Positions 25,523-35,942 of a DNA stretch of 64,000 nucleotides are shown here, piece by piece (position 1 is the stretch's first letter; each line of letters opens with the position of its first letter). A program made the translations under genes and the position numbers. The notes under the pieces are model-generated. The model had not been told where the DNA came from, did no database searches, and was given only the letters and a program-made list of their open reading frames with translations. This DNA is from Cryomorphaceae bacterium (GTDB taxonomy: Bacteria > Bacteroidota > Bacteroidia > Flavobacteriales > UBA7430), in assembly GCA_019649675.1 (NCBI GenBank), contig BOWN01000001.1:463263-527262 (forward strand), written 5' to 3'.

Positions 25523-25811
25523 TATCTATAATTTTGCATAAAGACAATACCTAATGAGCAAATGACTCTTTTAAATAAATTATGTTTAACATAGTTAATT
25601 AATAATCTATGTCTTTTTAACCTTTTGTGATGCTTTGATTCACTCTCATTAATTTTTGAACAAGTTTACGAAAATTTTTCAGTTGAGTTGGCTTTCATGA
25701 AAGCAAAAACGAATTTATATTGGGTATTTATGTCGCAATAGCAGAATTGATTGATACAGAATAAATCAAAATAAATTAAAACTCTCGAAGTGGTTTTAAA
25801 ACAAAAATATA

Positions 25812-25842
25812 AACCCCTGACTTATTTAATAAACCAGGGGTT
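25812..25842 (-). terminator. Terminator-like hairpin after the large T9SS gene
   Basis: aacccctg...caggggtt. Confidence 0.55.
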
Positions 25843-25850
25843 CACATTTT

Positions 25851-28800
25851 TTATTTGATAACTTCTAAACGCTTAGTGATCTGAACGTTATCAACCTGCA
25901 ACTGATAATAATAGGAGCCCGGAGCCAATTGGTTTACGTCTACCTGAGCTGTATGATATCCGGCTGACTTAATTCCAGCAGTGATAAGCTTAATTTCTTC
26001 TCCAATAACATTAAATAGCCGTAATGTAATATCCATTTCTTTATTTAAATAGAATGAAATCTCGGTAAGATTACTCGCTGGATTTGGTACAGAATTAAAT
26101 AGCGCTAAGTCTTTTTCAAAATTACTTTCAGAAATTTGAGAAGCAATAACAAGAGCATCTTTTTCAAAACCGCTAACACCTGTGGTAAGCTCTAGAGAAA
26201 CTGATTGTGAGGTGTTTATTTTTTCAGTGTATAGAACAAGACTCAATTCTTCTGAATCGTACAGACCATCTTTTTCTGATGTAAGTAAATCATTACCCCA
26301 AATTGTAATAAGGGTGTTTGGCAGAGTAATTTTTGCAGCCCCTACCATATCACCTTTTGCATCGTAAACATAAAGCTCATCTTTTGAGCTAACAGGAACA
26401 TTCCATGCACTCTCTGGAATGAGAAGGTGCATATTGCTTCCTGTGTTCTTCTCAAAATCTACTGACATTGACGTATTATCAATAGTTGGAGTATGAGCCA
26501 TTCTGTATTCATCATCATTGGCATTATAAGTCAATATGTGAGAAGCATACAATTTAATTTGATACCCTTGGCCCGCTACCATATCGCCAATGCCATTGAA
26601 GCCCCATTCTGGTAAATAAGCCATTCCCATAACATCTTTAACAATAATTATGTCTGAAGTAAAGGCGTCTAAAACAGCATCAACTGGAGCTGGTTCTGAA
26701 CGTAAATACGCAATCATATTCCATCCTTCGGTCAAGTTTACAGGTGTTTGTTCTGGCGCCACTATAAAACCTGTCATATCAACTACTGCTTCATCATAAA
26801 GCTTTATTTGATAACCCTGTGTATTGTCCCAATCACCGATTCCGTTAAAACCAAAGTCAGGTAGATAAGCTAGACCTAGATTATCTTTCACAATAATCAC
26901 TTGACTTATTATAGGTTCCATTATAGCCTCGATAGACATGTTTTCTGTTTGTATAAAGGAAGAAACCATATTCCATCCTGCTTCTAGTGCTAACTGCTGT
27001 GAGCCTCCGTTTGGATAATTACACGATTCATCACTCACATTTGCTTGAGGGTTAAAGTTAATAGCATTGAGATCAGTACAACCCATCACAAGTTCACATA
27101 TTTGATTAACCCCAAAATGGGCTTTTGTTCCTGAGGTGCCTGATATTTGCTTTTTTCCTTCAATAAGAATAGACCAATTAAATGTTTCTGAACTGCCATA
27201 TTCAGGAACAGTAAATAAGTAACAATCATTTGATAAACAATAATAGTTTACCCCATCAAAACCTGTCTCTAACGTTCCTGTCTCTTGCATTGACCCATCA
27301 AAAGAAGAAAGCTCATAAGTTAACGATCCCCATCCATTTCCACTTGTACTCATGAGTTGAACTTCTACAAGCATTTCATAGAATTCACATGTAATGTAGG
27401 TGCACGAACCATCATCATCTGTTGCTTCTTCATTAAAATTAACAGCTTCATTATCAGTACAACCTAAAACAACCTCATATTCACATGAACCATCATCGGT
27501 ATTTGCATCTGGCGTGAAATTAATTGCAGTTTCATCCATACATCCAAAAACAATAATTTGTGCGCCATCACAACCTGAAAATGTGCCACTAAATAAATAC
27601 TCAAACGAAGAGCCTGAAAAAACTTGGGCGCCACACACATACAAGTGGAATTCTCCATTTCCAGCACCACTAGTTAACCCGTCACCGTATGTGTCATATA
27701 AGTTAAATGTAATGGCTACATCATCAGGCACACAAATTGAATCTACATATAGGGTGTTTTGCTCTTCGAACCCGTTCATGACAATTAATGTATCACCATC
27801 CGCAGAAATTAAGTCCCAAGAGGTCTCCTGAGGATAAGGGTCTGTTTGTAGCTCCATTACCAGCACATTGCTTCCGTCACTACATTCAAGAGGATACTCA
27901 CACGAACCATCATCTGTGGTAGCAGAATCATCATAATTTAATGCAGCTGGGTCTGTACATCCCGCTAAAGGATAATCACACGAACCATCATCTTCCGTTG
28001 CTTCTTGATTATAGTTTAATGCTGTTTCATCTGTACAACCTAACACAGGGCCACAACCTTCTAAGCCAAATTCCCCGACATACGGTGAACCACCAGACAA
28101 TAATACATCTCCACCTTCGGTGGTAATGGTCCAAGAAACTTCATAAGCCCAACCTCCTTCGCTCACAACAACTTCTACGCATCCTAATTCAGGATCATAA
28201 CAAGTAGACTCGGCACCTTCCGATCCCGATTCTAAAGTAAATGACTGACCATTAAGCGTCAACACGTTCCCATTCCATCCATCACCATAAGAATCACTCA
28301 TATTAATTGTTATAGCAGTCAAGTCAGAGCAGTCTATTGGATATTCACATGAACCATCATCTTCCGTGGCTTCCTCATTAAAATTAAGCGCAAGAGAATC
28401 TGTACATCCTAAAACAGGGTATAAACATGAACCGTTATCATAATTAGCTTCGTCATTGTAATTAAGTGCTAAAGGGTCTGTACATCCAGATACTGATTCG
28501 CATTCTGACAAAAAGTTAAGCGGTTGAGCATCTGGGCAAGCTCCTGAAACATAAACATCTTCATATCCAGGGGCCGTTATTTCCCATGAAATTTCATACG
28601 GCCAGCCACCTGTTTCTGGAACACTTACAACGTAACAACCTGGTGCTAGACAAAAGAAATCTGTAGCTTGAGAACCATCTTCCATAGTTCCTACTGCAGT
28701 AGTGTCACCCCATTCATTAGTAATGTGGTAATAATTTCCATTCCAGCCATCACCATAAGAGTCAAATAAATCCATTCGAACAACCCACTCAATACCTTCT

Positions 28801-30620
28801 GCACAATATTCACAAGAACCGTCTTCAAAATTTGCATCAGGGTCATAGTTTAAAGATAAAATGTCTGTACACCCTAAATTTGGCAACTCACAAGAACCAT
28901 CATCAAAGGTAGCTGTAGGAGAAAAATTAAATGCCAAAGTATCCATGCAACCATAAACCGGTATTTCAACATTTATATTTATTGATGGCGAAAAAACATC
29001 AAATACCGAATTATTGCCGTCTAATACACCGTCAAGCCAAGTGTTTCCTCCTGTGTATGGAAGAGTTACTTCCTGACTGTTTCCATCTGTGTCACTAAAA
29101 TACAAGGTAGATGAAATATTTGCATCAAACGAGCCAGAAATTGAAGGAATACCACTTAAACCTATACAAGAATTTCCAACTGGAAAAGAGCAAGACTGAG
29201 GCTCACAAGCCCAGTTTAATCCTAATGGAAGGCCTGAAATATCATTGATTGCAAGAGAATCTACATATACTATGTCGCCATTTACATTAAATGTTTCTGC
29301 TAATAGAAACTGAATAGACTCAATAAAATACTCATTTAAAAATGCCGTTGGCATTAGTGCTTGATTTTCAACCAGATCGACCTCCTCTGAGAAATTGAAG
29401 CCTAAATCAGTCGCATCTGCACTAGGAGCACAAATATCACTTATAGCAGAGCCATCAAACTCTGAAGCATATACAACACTCGTTTGGTTACCTATTGTTT
29501 CAAGCTCAAACAAAACATAAACAATATTATTTTCAAAGTTAATTTCATACTGAGGAACATAGTTGTCGGTTTCCATATTTGTAGAAACGGCTAAAACATA
29601 TTCTCCATCTGCTAGACCTGTAATATCAACCCACTGGCAAGAAATTCCGGAACCGTAAGTGTCTGAACAACCTTTACTAATTCCCATCGTAGAACAACCA
29701 TATGTAAAACTACAAGGAGTAGGATTGGTAATGTAATCAGGCGTCTCACTAGATACGGCAGCCCCTAAATCCATTACACACCAACCATTTTTGTGTCCAA
29801 TGGTCTCGCTTGGCTCTAAACTTGGATAATTATAAAGTCTATAGTTCGCATAACCCTCATAGTGAGCATGACCATGGCAGTCATCCCAATAAAAGTTAGG
29901 GTTCAAATTTCCAGCACCGCCCGATTGACCAATGTAAAAATCTTCATTCCCATAGTTGGAAATAGTCGTGGTAAATCGAAGTGTTTTTCTTTCTCCTGTT
30001 CCAGTTATACATCCTTCGGCTACAAGACATTCATCTGAGCTGGTAAACGAATTTATTTGTAGTGAGTTTAAAATCGTATTGACCGAAACTTGTAAGTCAG
30101 GTCCATTAAGACAGCTACCGTCATCAAAAGTTGCTTGGGAATTATAATTTGCCGCATTTGAGTCTGTACAACCAGGAACCAAGCCCAAACAAGCTGCTTG
30201 AGCCTCTGAATATGAATTACAATCGGCAGCGTTAGAAACAAAAGTAACCGAATAGATAGCGTCTAAATCGACGGCTAATTGCCATTCTAATGAGGCACAA
30301 CACGCGCTTAAATATTCATTATTATAAACACTAATCTCATTTGCATTCATTAATCCACCTAAAGGATCAATTGTCGATATAGATGTTTCGTAAATACTCA
30401 AATTTCCTTCAACACTTACCAAAGAAGATAATGCTTCGAGATTAGTAACATCAGCACCAGTGATGTTTAAGTCGCCTTGAAAAACTTCACAGCCTGCAAG
30501 TGCGTTAAGTGCTTCTTGAGAAGTAATAAAGTTTGATTGACCTGTTATTCCGCATTGGGCATTCAAAAACTGAGATACACTAAATAGAAGTGCAAACATG
30601 AGGGTGGTAAAGTTTTTCAT
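25851..30620 (-). CDS. 1589-aa T9SS cargo: receptor-L/LRR-like N-terminus, lysyl oxidase-like domain, ten GCxD...DDGSC repeats, DSYGDGW modules, two GWN domains and a CTD
   Basis: Intact ORF with signal peptide; WDDCHGHAHY, GHKNGWC, GCSDTY...CQWVDIT; PNPAS...YYYQL...TKRLEVIK. Confidence 0.85.
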   Translation of the reverse strand: MKNFTTLMFALLFSVSQFLNAQCGITGQSNFITSQEALNALAGCEVFQGDLNITGADVTNLEALSSLVSVEGNLSIYETSISTIDPLGGLMNANEISVYNNEYLSACCASLEWQLAVDLDAIYSVTFVSNAADCNSYSEAQAACLGLVPGCTDSNAANYNSQATFDDGSCLNGPDLQVSVNTILNSLQINSFTSSDECLVAEGCITGTGERKTLRFTTTISNYGNEDFYIGQSGGAGNLNPNFYWDDCHGHAHYEGYANYRLYNYPSLEPSETIGHKNGWCVMDLGAAVSSETPDYITNPTPCSFTYGCSTMGISKGCSDTYGSGISCQWVDITGLADGEYVLAVSTNMETDNYVPQYEINFENNIVYVLFELETIGNQTSVVYASEFDGSAISDICAPSADATDLGFNFSEEVDLVENQALMPTAFLNEYFIESIQFLLAETFNVNGDIVYVDSLAINDISGLPLGLNWACEPQSCSFPVGNSCIGLSGIPSISGSFDANISSTLYFSDTDGNSQEVTLPYTGGNTWLDGVLDGNNSVFDVFSPSININVEIPVYGCMDTLAFNFSPTATFDDGSCELPNLGCTDILSLNYDPDANFEDGSCEYCAEGIEWVVRMDLFDSYGDGWNGNYYHITNEWGDTTAVGTMEDGSQATDFFCLAPGCYVVSVPETGGWPYEISWEITAPGYEDVYVSGACPDAQPLNFLSECESVSGCTDPLALNYNDEANYDNGSCLYPVLGCTDSLALNFNEEATEDDGSCEYPIDCSDLTAITINMSDSYGDGWNGNVLTLNGQSFTLESGSEGAESTCYDPELGCVEVVVSEGGWAYEVSWTITTEGGDVLLSGGSPYVGEFGLEGCGPVLGCTDETALNYNQEATEDDGSCDYPLAGCTDPAALNYDDSATTDDGSCEYPLECSDGSNVLVMELQTDPYPQETSWDLISADGDTLIVMNGFEEQNTLYVDSICVPDDVAITFNLYDTYGDGLTSGAGNGEFHLYVCGAQVFSGSSFEYLFSGTFSGCDGAQIIVFGCMDETAINFTPDANTDDGSCEYEVVLGCTDNEAVNFNEEATDDDGSCTYITCEFYEMLVEVQLMSTSGNGWGSLTYELSSFDGSMQETGTLETGFDGVNYYCLSNDCYLFTVPEYGSSETFNWSILIEGKKQISGTSGTKAHFGVNQICELVMGCTDLNAINFNPQANVSDESCNYPNGGSQQLALEAGWNMVSSFIQTENMSIEAIMEPIISQVIIVKDNLGLAYLPDFGFNGIGDWDNTQGYQIKLYDEAVVDMTGFIVAPEQTPVNLTEGWNMIAYLRSEPAPVDAVLDAFTSDIIIVKDVMGMAYLPEWGFNGIGDMVAGQGYQIKLYASHILTYNANDDEYRMAHTPTIDNTSMSVDFEKNTGSNMHLLIPESAWNVPVSSKDELYVYDAKGDMVGAAKITLPNTLITIWGNDLLTSEKDGLYDSEELSLVLYTEKINTSQSVSLELTTGVSGFEKDALVIASQISESNFEKDLALFNSVPNPASNLTEISFYLNKEMDITLRLFNVIGEEIKLITAGIKSAGYHTAQVDVNQLAPGSYYYQLQVDNVQITKRLEVIK

Positions 30621-30709
30621 TATTTATTTATTAAAATATAACGTTCTATCAAAAGGTTCTCAACAATTGTGCCAATACCATGGTTTCAATTGCTCATGAA
30701 ACAAAAAAA

Positions 30710-30805
30710 GGGCAAGCTACTTAAATCACAGTGCTCAACCCTTTACCCTTGCTGCGTTCCCGCCCTGGGGGAATTCAAGGGGAGCTACTTGTCTAAGACT
30801 TGCCC
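30710..30805 (-). ncRNA. ffs: Small SRP RNA (4.5S)
   Basis: Minus strand GGGCAAG...CTTGCCC terminal helix enclosing CAGGGCGGGAACGCAGCAAG (helix-8-like motif), followed by a T tract. Confidence 0.88.
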
Positions 30806-30925
30806 TATGCAAAGATACAATTCTATAAGTATGCTAGCCATTTTAAGTTTGGAAATTTTGTTAAAGTACCCCACAGAAAAATCCTTTATCAAAATTGATA
30901 AAGGATTTATTTCTTTTTTTAACTC

Positions 30926-32467
30926 TTAGCACTTGAGCAAGTATTCTTGCATACTAACCGATTTATCCATAATATCTCGAACTTCATCAATAGAAACACG
31001 TTCCTGCTGCATGCTATCTCTGTGTCTAATGGTTACACAATTGTCATTTGCCGTATCATTATCAATAGTGATACAGAACGGAGTCCCATTAGCATCCTGA
31101 CGACGGTAACGACGACCGATAGAATCTTTCTCTTCGATGACACAGTTAAATTCTAATTTCAAATCATCAAATATTTTGCGAGCCAATTCGGGAAGGCCGT
31201 CTTTTTTTGTTAATGGCAAAATTGCTGCTTTTACCGGCGCTAAAACTGGTGGTAAAGCCAAAACAATCCGCGTGTCATTATCACCTACTTTTTCTTCTCG
31301 GTAAGCATTACACATGGTTAACAAGAACATGCGGTCTACGCCTATAGATGTTTCAACCACATAAGGTGTATAACTTTCGTTAATTGCAGGATCAAAGTAC
31401 TGAACTTTTCTACCTGAATATTCTTGATGTGCTTTTAAGTCAAAGTCAGTTCGAGAATGAATCCCCTCTACTTCTTTAAAGCCAAAAGGGAATTGGTACT
31501 CAATGTCAGCTGCAGCATTTGCATAATGGGCCAACTTCTCATGGTCGTGGAACCGGTATTTTTGTGGATCAACTCCCAAAGATAAATGCCATTTGTGGCG
31601 TGCCTCTTTCCAGTGCTCATACCATTTAATTTCCTCTCCGGGTTGAACAAAAAATTGCATTTCCATTTGTTCAAATTCGCGCATTCGGAAAATAAACTGA
31701 CGGGCCACGATTTCGTTTCGGAATGCTTTACCAATTTGAGCAATACCAAAAGGAATTTTCATACGTCCCGTTTTCTGAACATTTAAAAAGTTTACAAATA
31801 TTCCCTGAGCCGTTTCTGGGCGCAACCACAAATCACTTGACCCGTCGGTGGTAGCCCCCATTTTAGTGCCAAACATGAGGTTAAACTGACGAACATCAGT
31901 CCAGTTCGCTGTTCCCGATATTGGGCATTTTATTTCAAGTTCTTCAATAAGCGCTTTTACATCTGCCAAATCTTCTTTCTCTAAACTGCCATTTAAGCGC
32001 TTGGAGATGTTGGCCATTTTTTCCTTATAGCCCAACACTCTTGGATTTGTTTCTAAGAACTGAGCCTTGTCAAAAGCTTCGCCAAAGCGCTTTGCGGCTT
32101 TTTTAACTTCTTTGGCAATTTTACCTTCAATCTTGGCAATAAAGTCTTCAACCAAAACATCTGCACGATAGCGCTTTTTAGAGTCTTTATTATCGATTAG
32201 TGGATCGTTAAATGCATCTACATGCCCGGAAGCTTTCCAAATAGTTGGGTGCATGAAGATTGCTGAATCAATTCCAACAATATTTTCATTCATCTTTACC
32301 ATGGAAGCCCACCAATAATCTTTAATGTTCTTTTTTAACTCTGAACCATTTGAACCATAATCATACACTGCTGCTAAGCCGTCGTACAACTCGCTAGATT
32401 GAAAAACATAACCATACTCTTTAGCGTGCGCTATTACTTTCTTAAAAACATCGTCTTGATTTGCCAT
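30926..32467 (-). CDS. glyQS: Glycine--tRNA ligase (alpha2 type)
   Basis: LRPETAQGIF, FRNEI, FRMREFEQME, SIGRRYRRQD; start taken at MANQDD. Confidence 0.96.
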   Translation of the reverse strand: MANQDDVFKKVIAHAKEYGYVFQSSELYDGLAAVYDYGSNGSELKKNIKDYWWASMVKMNENIVGIDSAIFMHPTIWKASGHVDAFNDPLIDNKDSKKRYRADVLVEDFIAKIEGKIAKEVKKAAKRFGEAFDKAQFLETNPRVLGYKEKMANISKRLNGSLEKEDLADVKALIEELEIKCPISGTANWTDVRQFNLMFGTKMGATTDGSSDLWLRPETAQGIFVNFLNVQKTGRMKIPFGIAQIGKAFRNEIVARQFIFRMREFEQMEMQFFVQPGEEIKWYEHWKEARHKWHLSLGVDPQKYRFHDHEKLAHYANAAADIEYQFPFGFKEVEGIHSRTDFDLKAHQEYSGRKVQYFDPAINESYTPYVVETSIGVDRMFLLTMCNAYREEKVGDNDTRIVLALPPVLAPVKAAILPLTKKDGLPELARKIFDDLKLEFNCVIEEKDSIGRRYRRQDANGTPFCITIDNDTANDNCVTIRHRDSMQQERVSIDEVRDIMDKSVSMQEYLLKC

Positions 32468-32586
32468 AGCTGCAAAAATAAGAAATAGAATGATACAACC
32501 GAGCCTTCGTATTTTAAGTTCGATTTTTAACTGATAAATAATTATTTTAATGATGGACAAAACATCAAACCAGATACTGCATGAAA

Positions 32587-33561
32587 TTATTTCTTACGCT
32601 CGATGACATACTCTATAAGTGCATTTAGCGCTTGTTTCACCTCAGAGTCAGGAATGTCAGAAATAATATCTATGGCTTTTGCTTTATAAGCATGCATTTT
32701 TTCTGTGGCATACTCTATTCCACCACTTTCTCTAACAATGGCTATAACTTCGTCGACCTTATTAGGGTTGTTGTGATGTCTTTTAATCGTATTTATTATT
32801 TTTCTGCGGGTAGCTTTATCACATTGTTGAAGCGTATAAATAAGTGGTAAAGTCATTTTTTGCTCTTTGATATCAATACCCACTGGCTTTCCGATCAGTC
32901 CTTGTTTTTGGTAATCAAAAAGGTCGTCCTTGATTTGAAACGCAATTCCAATAGCTTCACCAAAATCCCACATTTTTTTAATTTGTGCTTCTTCGCTGGT
33001 AACTGATGCGCATCCAACGGCACAACAAGCTGCAATTAGAGAAGCAGTTTTCTTACGAATAATTTCATAATAAACAGCTTCAACAATATCTAGTCTTCTG
33101 GCCTTTTCAATCTGTAACAACTCCCCTTCGCTCATTTCTTCAACAGCACGAGAAGTTAATTTTAAAAGATGAAAGTCTTCGTTTCTTACTGCCAACAATA
33201 ATCCTTTTGAGAGTAAAAAATCACCAACGAGAACGGCAATTTTATTTTTCCAAAGCGCATTAACTGAAAAAAAACCACGACGCATATTTGCATCATCCAC
33301 TACGTCGTCATGAACCAGCGTTGCCGTGTGTAAAAGTTCTATCATAGAGGCCCCTCGAAAGGTACTTTCATTCGTCTCTCCAAATAATTTCGCAGAAAGA
33401 AAAACAAACATTGGTCGCATTTGCTTCCCTTTTCGCTTTACAATGTAATTAGTGATTTTATCTAAAAGTGGGGCTTTGCTCGCCATCGAGGCTTTGAACT
33501 TGGACTCAAAAGAATCCATTTCAGTTTTTATTGGCGCTTTTATTTGATCGATAACCGACAT
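32587..33561 (-). CDS. Polyprenyl diphosphate synthase
   Basis: GKQMRP, LVHDDVVD..RRG, FQIKDDLFD. Confidence 0.95.
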   Translation of the reverse strand: MSVIDQIKAPIKTEMDSFESKFKASMASKAPLLDKITNYIVKRKGKQMRPMFVFLSAKLFGETNESTFRGASMIELLHTATLVHDDVVDDANMRRGFFSVNALWKNKIAVLVGDFLLSKGLLLAVRNEDFHLLKLTSRAVEEMSEGELLQIEKARRLDIVEAVYYEIIRKKTASLIAACCAVGCASVTSEEAQIKKMWDFGEAIGIAFQIKDDLFDYQKQGLIGKPVGIDIKEQKMTLPLIYTLQQCDKATRRKIINTIKRHHNNPNKVDEVIAIVRESGGIEYATEKMHAYKAKAIDIISDIPDSEVKQALNALIEYVIERKK

Positions 33562-33685
33562 GGGGTACAAATTTAATAATAATTGGGCTGCTAACGCTTT
33601 GTAAAATGAATTATTGCAAGATTAAAATTAACTTTAATTTCGGTTGGTAAAAGCTATACCATTCCTGCAATTCTTATGACTTAAA

Positions 33686-34729
33686 CTACTTTTTATTAGC
33701 AAGTTGCCCACAAGCGGCATCAATGTCTTTTCCGCGACTTCTCCGAATATTTACAACAACGCCACGGTCTTCCAAATAATCTTTAAACTCATCAACTTTA
33801 TGAACTTTGGCCTGCGTATAAACGCCTCCATCTATCGGATTGTATTCAATAATATTTACCTTACACGGAATGTGTTTGCAGAACTCATAAAGCTCATGCG
33901 CATCTACTACCTCATCATTAAAATTATCAAATATGATGTATTCGTATGTGACTCTGGTTTTCGTTTTTGCGTAAAAATATTTTAACGCTTTTGCCAAAAC
34001 CTCTAAATTGTTGGTTTCGTTTATGCCCATAATTTTATTACGCTTCTCATCGTTTGCCGCATGTAATGAAAGTGCCAAGTTAAATTTTACATCATCATCG
34101 GCTAACCTCTCTATCATTCTAGCAACTCCGGCTGTAGAAACGGTAATTCGTTTTGGCGACATCCCCAAGCCTTCTTCAGAAGTTATTTTTTCTATAGATG
34201 CCAGCACATTCTTATAATTCAATAGCGGCTCACCCATACCCATATAAACAATATTCGATAAGGGTTGCCCATTATGCTCTAGTGCTTGATCACGAATAAT
34301 ACGTACTTGATCATATATTTCATCCGCATTAATATTTCGCATGCGTTTTAAACGCCCGGTAGCACAAAATTCGCATGCCAAGCTGCACCCTACTTGCGAA
34401 GAAATACAAGCCGTCATACGGGTGTCCGCAGGGATTAAAACGCCCTCACAAATTTGGCCGTCGAACAAACGAAAGGCGTTTTTAATGGTGCCATCCTTAC
34501 TAATTTGTGTGTCGTCGACCTTTACAGCATTAATGTTAAAATTATCTTTTAACATTTTACGAGTAGACAAAGAAATATTACTCATTTGATCAAAATCAGT
34601 CACTGATTTTTTCCACAACCACTCATAAACCTGTTTCGCACGAAAGGCTTTTTCGCCATTCTCAACAAAATAGTTTTTGAGTTTTTCTTTCGATAAAGCT
34701 CTAATGTCTTGTTTCTTCTGCATTTTCAT
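33686..34729 (-). CDS. rlmN: 23S rRNA m2A2503 methyltransferase
   Basis: CISSQVGCSLACEFCATG, MGMGEP, DIDAACGQL. Confidence 0.97.
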   Translation of the reverse strand: MKMQKKQDIRALSKEKLKNYFVENGEKAFRAKQVYEWLWKKSVTDFDQMSNISLSTRKMLKDNFNINAVKVDDTQISKDGTIKNAFRLFDGQICEGVLIPADTRMTACISSQVGCSLACEFCATGRLKRMRNINADEIYDQVRIIRDQALEHNGQPLSNIVYMGMGEPLLNYKNVLASIEKITSEEGLGMSPKRITVSTAGVARMIERLADDDVKFNLALSLHAANDEKRNKIMGINETNNLEVLAKALKYFYAKTKTRVTYEYIIFDNFNDEVVDAHELYEFCKHIPCKVNIIEYNPIDGGVYTQAKVHKVDEFKDYLEDRGVVVNIRRSRGKDIDAACGQLANKK

Positions 34730-34772
34730 CGCTGCAAAGATAGGGATTCTTACCTTTGCTAAAATTTTACAA

Positions 34773-35942
34773 ATGCGGATCATTCAAGCGTCCTATATTC
34801 TGCCCCTTAATACTGCTCCAATAAAGAACGGTTATCTCTACATTGAAGATGACGGAACGGTAATTCATGTGAATGATGTTGCTCCTATTACAAACCAATT
34901 TGAGGTGGAAGTTTATGAGGGTATTGTTTGTCCTGGATTTGTTAATTCACATTGTCATTTGGAGCTTTCTCACATGAAAGGACTTATGCCTACGGGTTCT
35001 GGGCTTCCAAAATTTGTGAGTCAAATTCCCAAACTTAGACAAACTTCGAAGGTGGATAAGTTAAAGTCCATGAAAGAAGCTGATCAGAATATGTATAAAT
35101 CGGGTATTGTGGCTGTAGGTGATATTTCAAATACAACAGAATCTTTAAGTATTAAAAAAAACAGCGCTATGCGCTATCATTCATTTGTTGAGCTGTTTGG
35201 GCTTGATAAAAATAAAGCTGAGGATTTGCTTAGAGAAGGTTTAAAAACAGTTGAAGAATACCGCTCATTCAATCTTTCAGCATGCCTTGTTCCTCATGCG
35301 CCTTACTCTTTATCGCCCCAACTATTAGAGAAAATTTATTCAAATTCCGACGATCAATTACTAACTATTCACTATCAGGAAACAGCTTCAGAAAAAGAAC
35401 TTTTTCTAGACTCAAAAGGCGATTTGGCAGAGTTGTTTATAGCTAAAGGCCTTGACCTTTCTTCCCAATTAAAAAGTGGTCTAAATTCAGCTCAATATGC
35501 TCTTTTACCCTATTTAGCTAAAAAACAGAAGCTTTTACTAGTACACAATACCTTTTCGGATAGAACTGACATTGAAGAAATAGAAACGTATTTTTCGCAA
35601 GCTTATTGGTGTACTTGCCCAAAGGCAAATTGGTACATAGAAAAACAATTACCAAACTATAATTTGTGGCGGGAAAAGAATTTAAAAATAACGATTGGTA
35701 CTGATTCGCTAGCCTCAAATAACTCCTTATGTGTTTTGGAGGAAATCAAAATGATTCAAAAAAACTTTCCACATATTAGTACAAATGAATTACTGATCTG
35801 GGCCTGTAAAAATGGAGCAGAATTTTTTAATTACGATAAATTAGGTTCTTTTAAGTCTGGTTTTAAGCCAGGGGTTCTATTAATCGAAAATGTTATTGGG
35901 CTGCAACTAACAGAAAAATCTAGAGTAACCGTGTTGGTCTAA
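34773..35942 (+). CDS. Metal-dependent amidohydrolase (deaminase-like)
   Basis: PGFVNSHCHLELS, PHAPYS, IGTDSLASN. Confidence 0.88.
   Translation: MRIIQASYILPLNTAPIKNGYLYIEDDGTVIHVNDVAPITNQFEVEVYEGIVCPGFVNSHCHLELSHMKGLMPTGSGLPKFVSQIPKLRQTSKVDKLKSMKEADQNMYKSGIVAVGDISNTTESLSIKKNSAMRYHSFVELFGLDKNKAEDLLREGLKTVEEYRSFNLSACLVPHAPYSLSPQLLEKIYSNSDDQLLTIHYQETASEKELFLDSKGDLAELFIAKGLDLSSQLKSGLNSAQYALLPYLAKKQKLLLVHNTFSDRTDIEEIETYFSQAYWCTCPKANWYIEKQLPNYNLWREKNLKITIGTDSLASNNSLCVLEEIKMIQKNFPHISTNELLIWACKNGAEFFNYDKLGSFKSGFKPGVLLIENVIGLQLTEKSRVTVLV

Noticed and set aside
30669-30929. 86-aa plus-strand ORF
   Set aside because: It is the antisense shadow of the SRP RNA gene.
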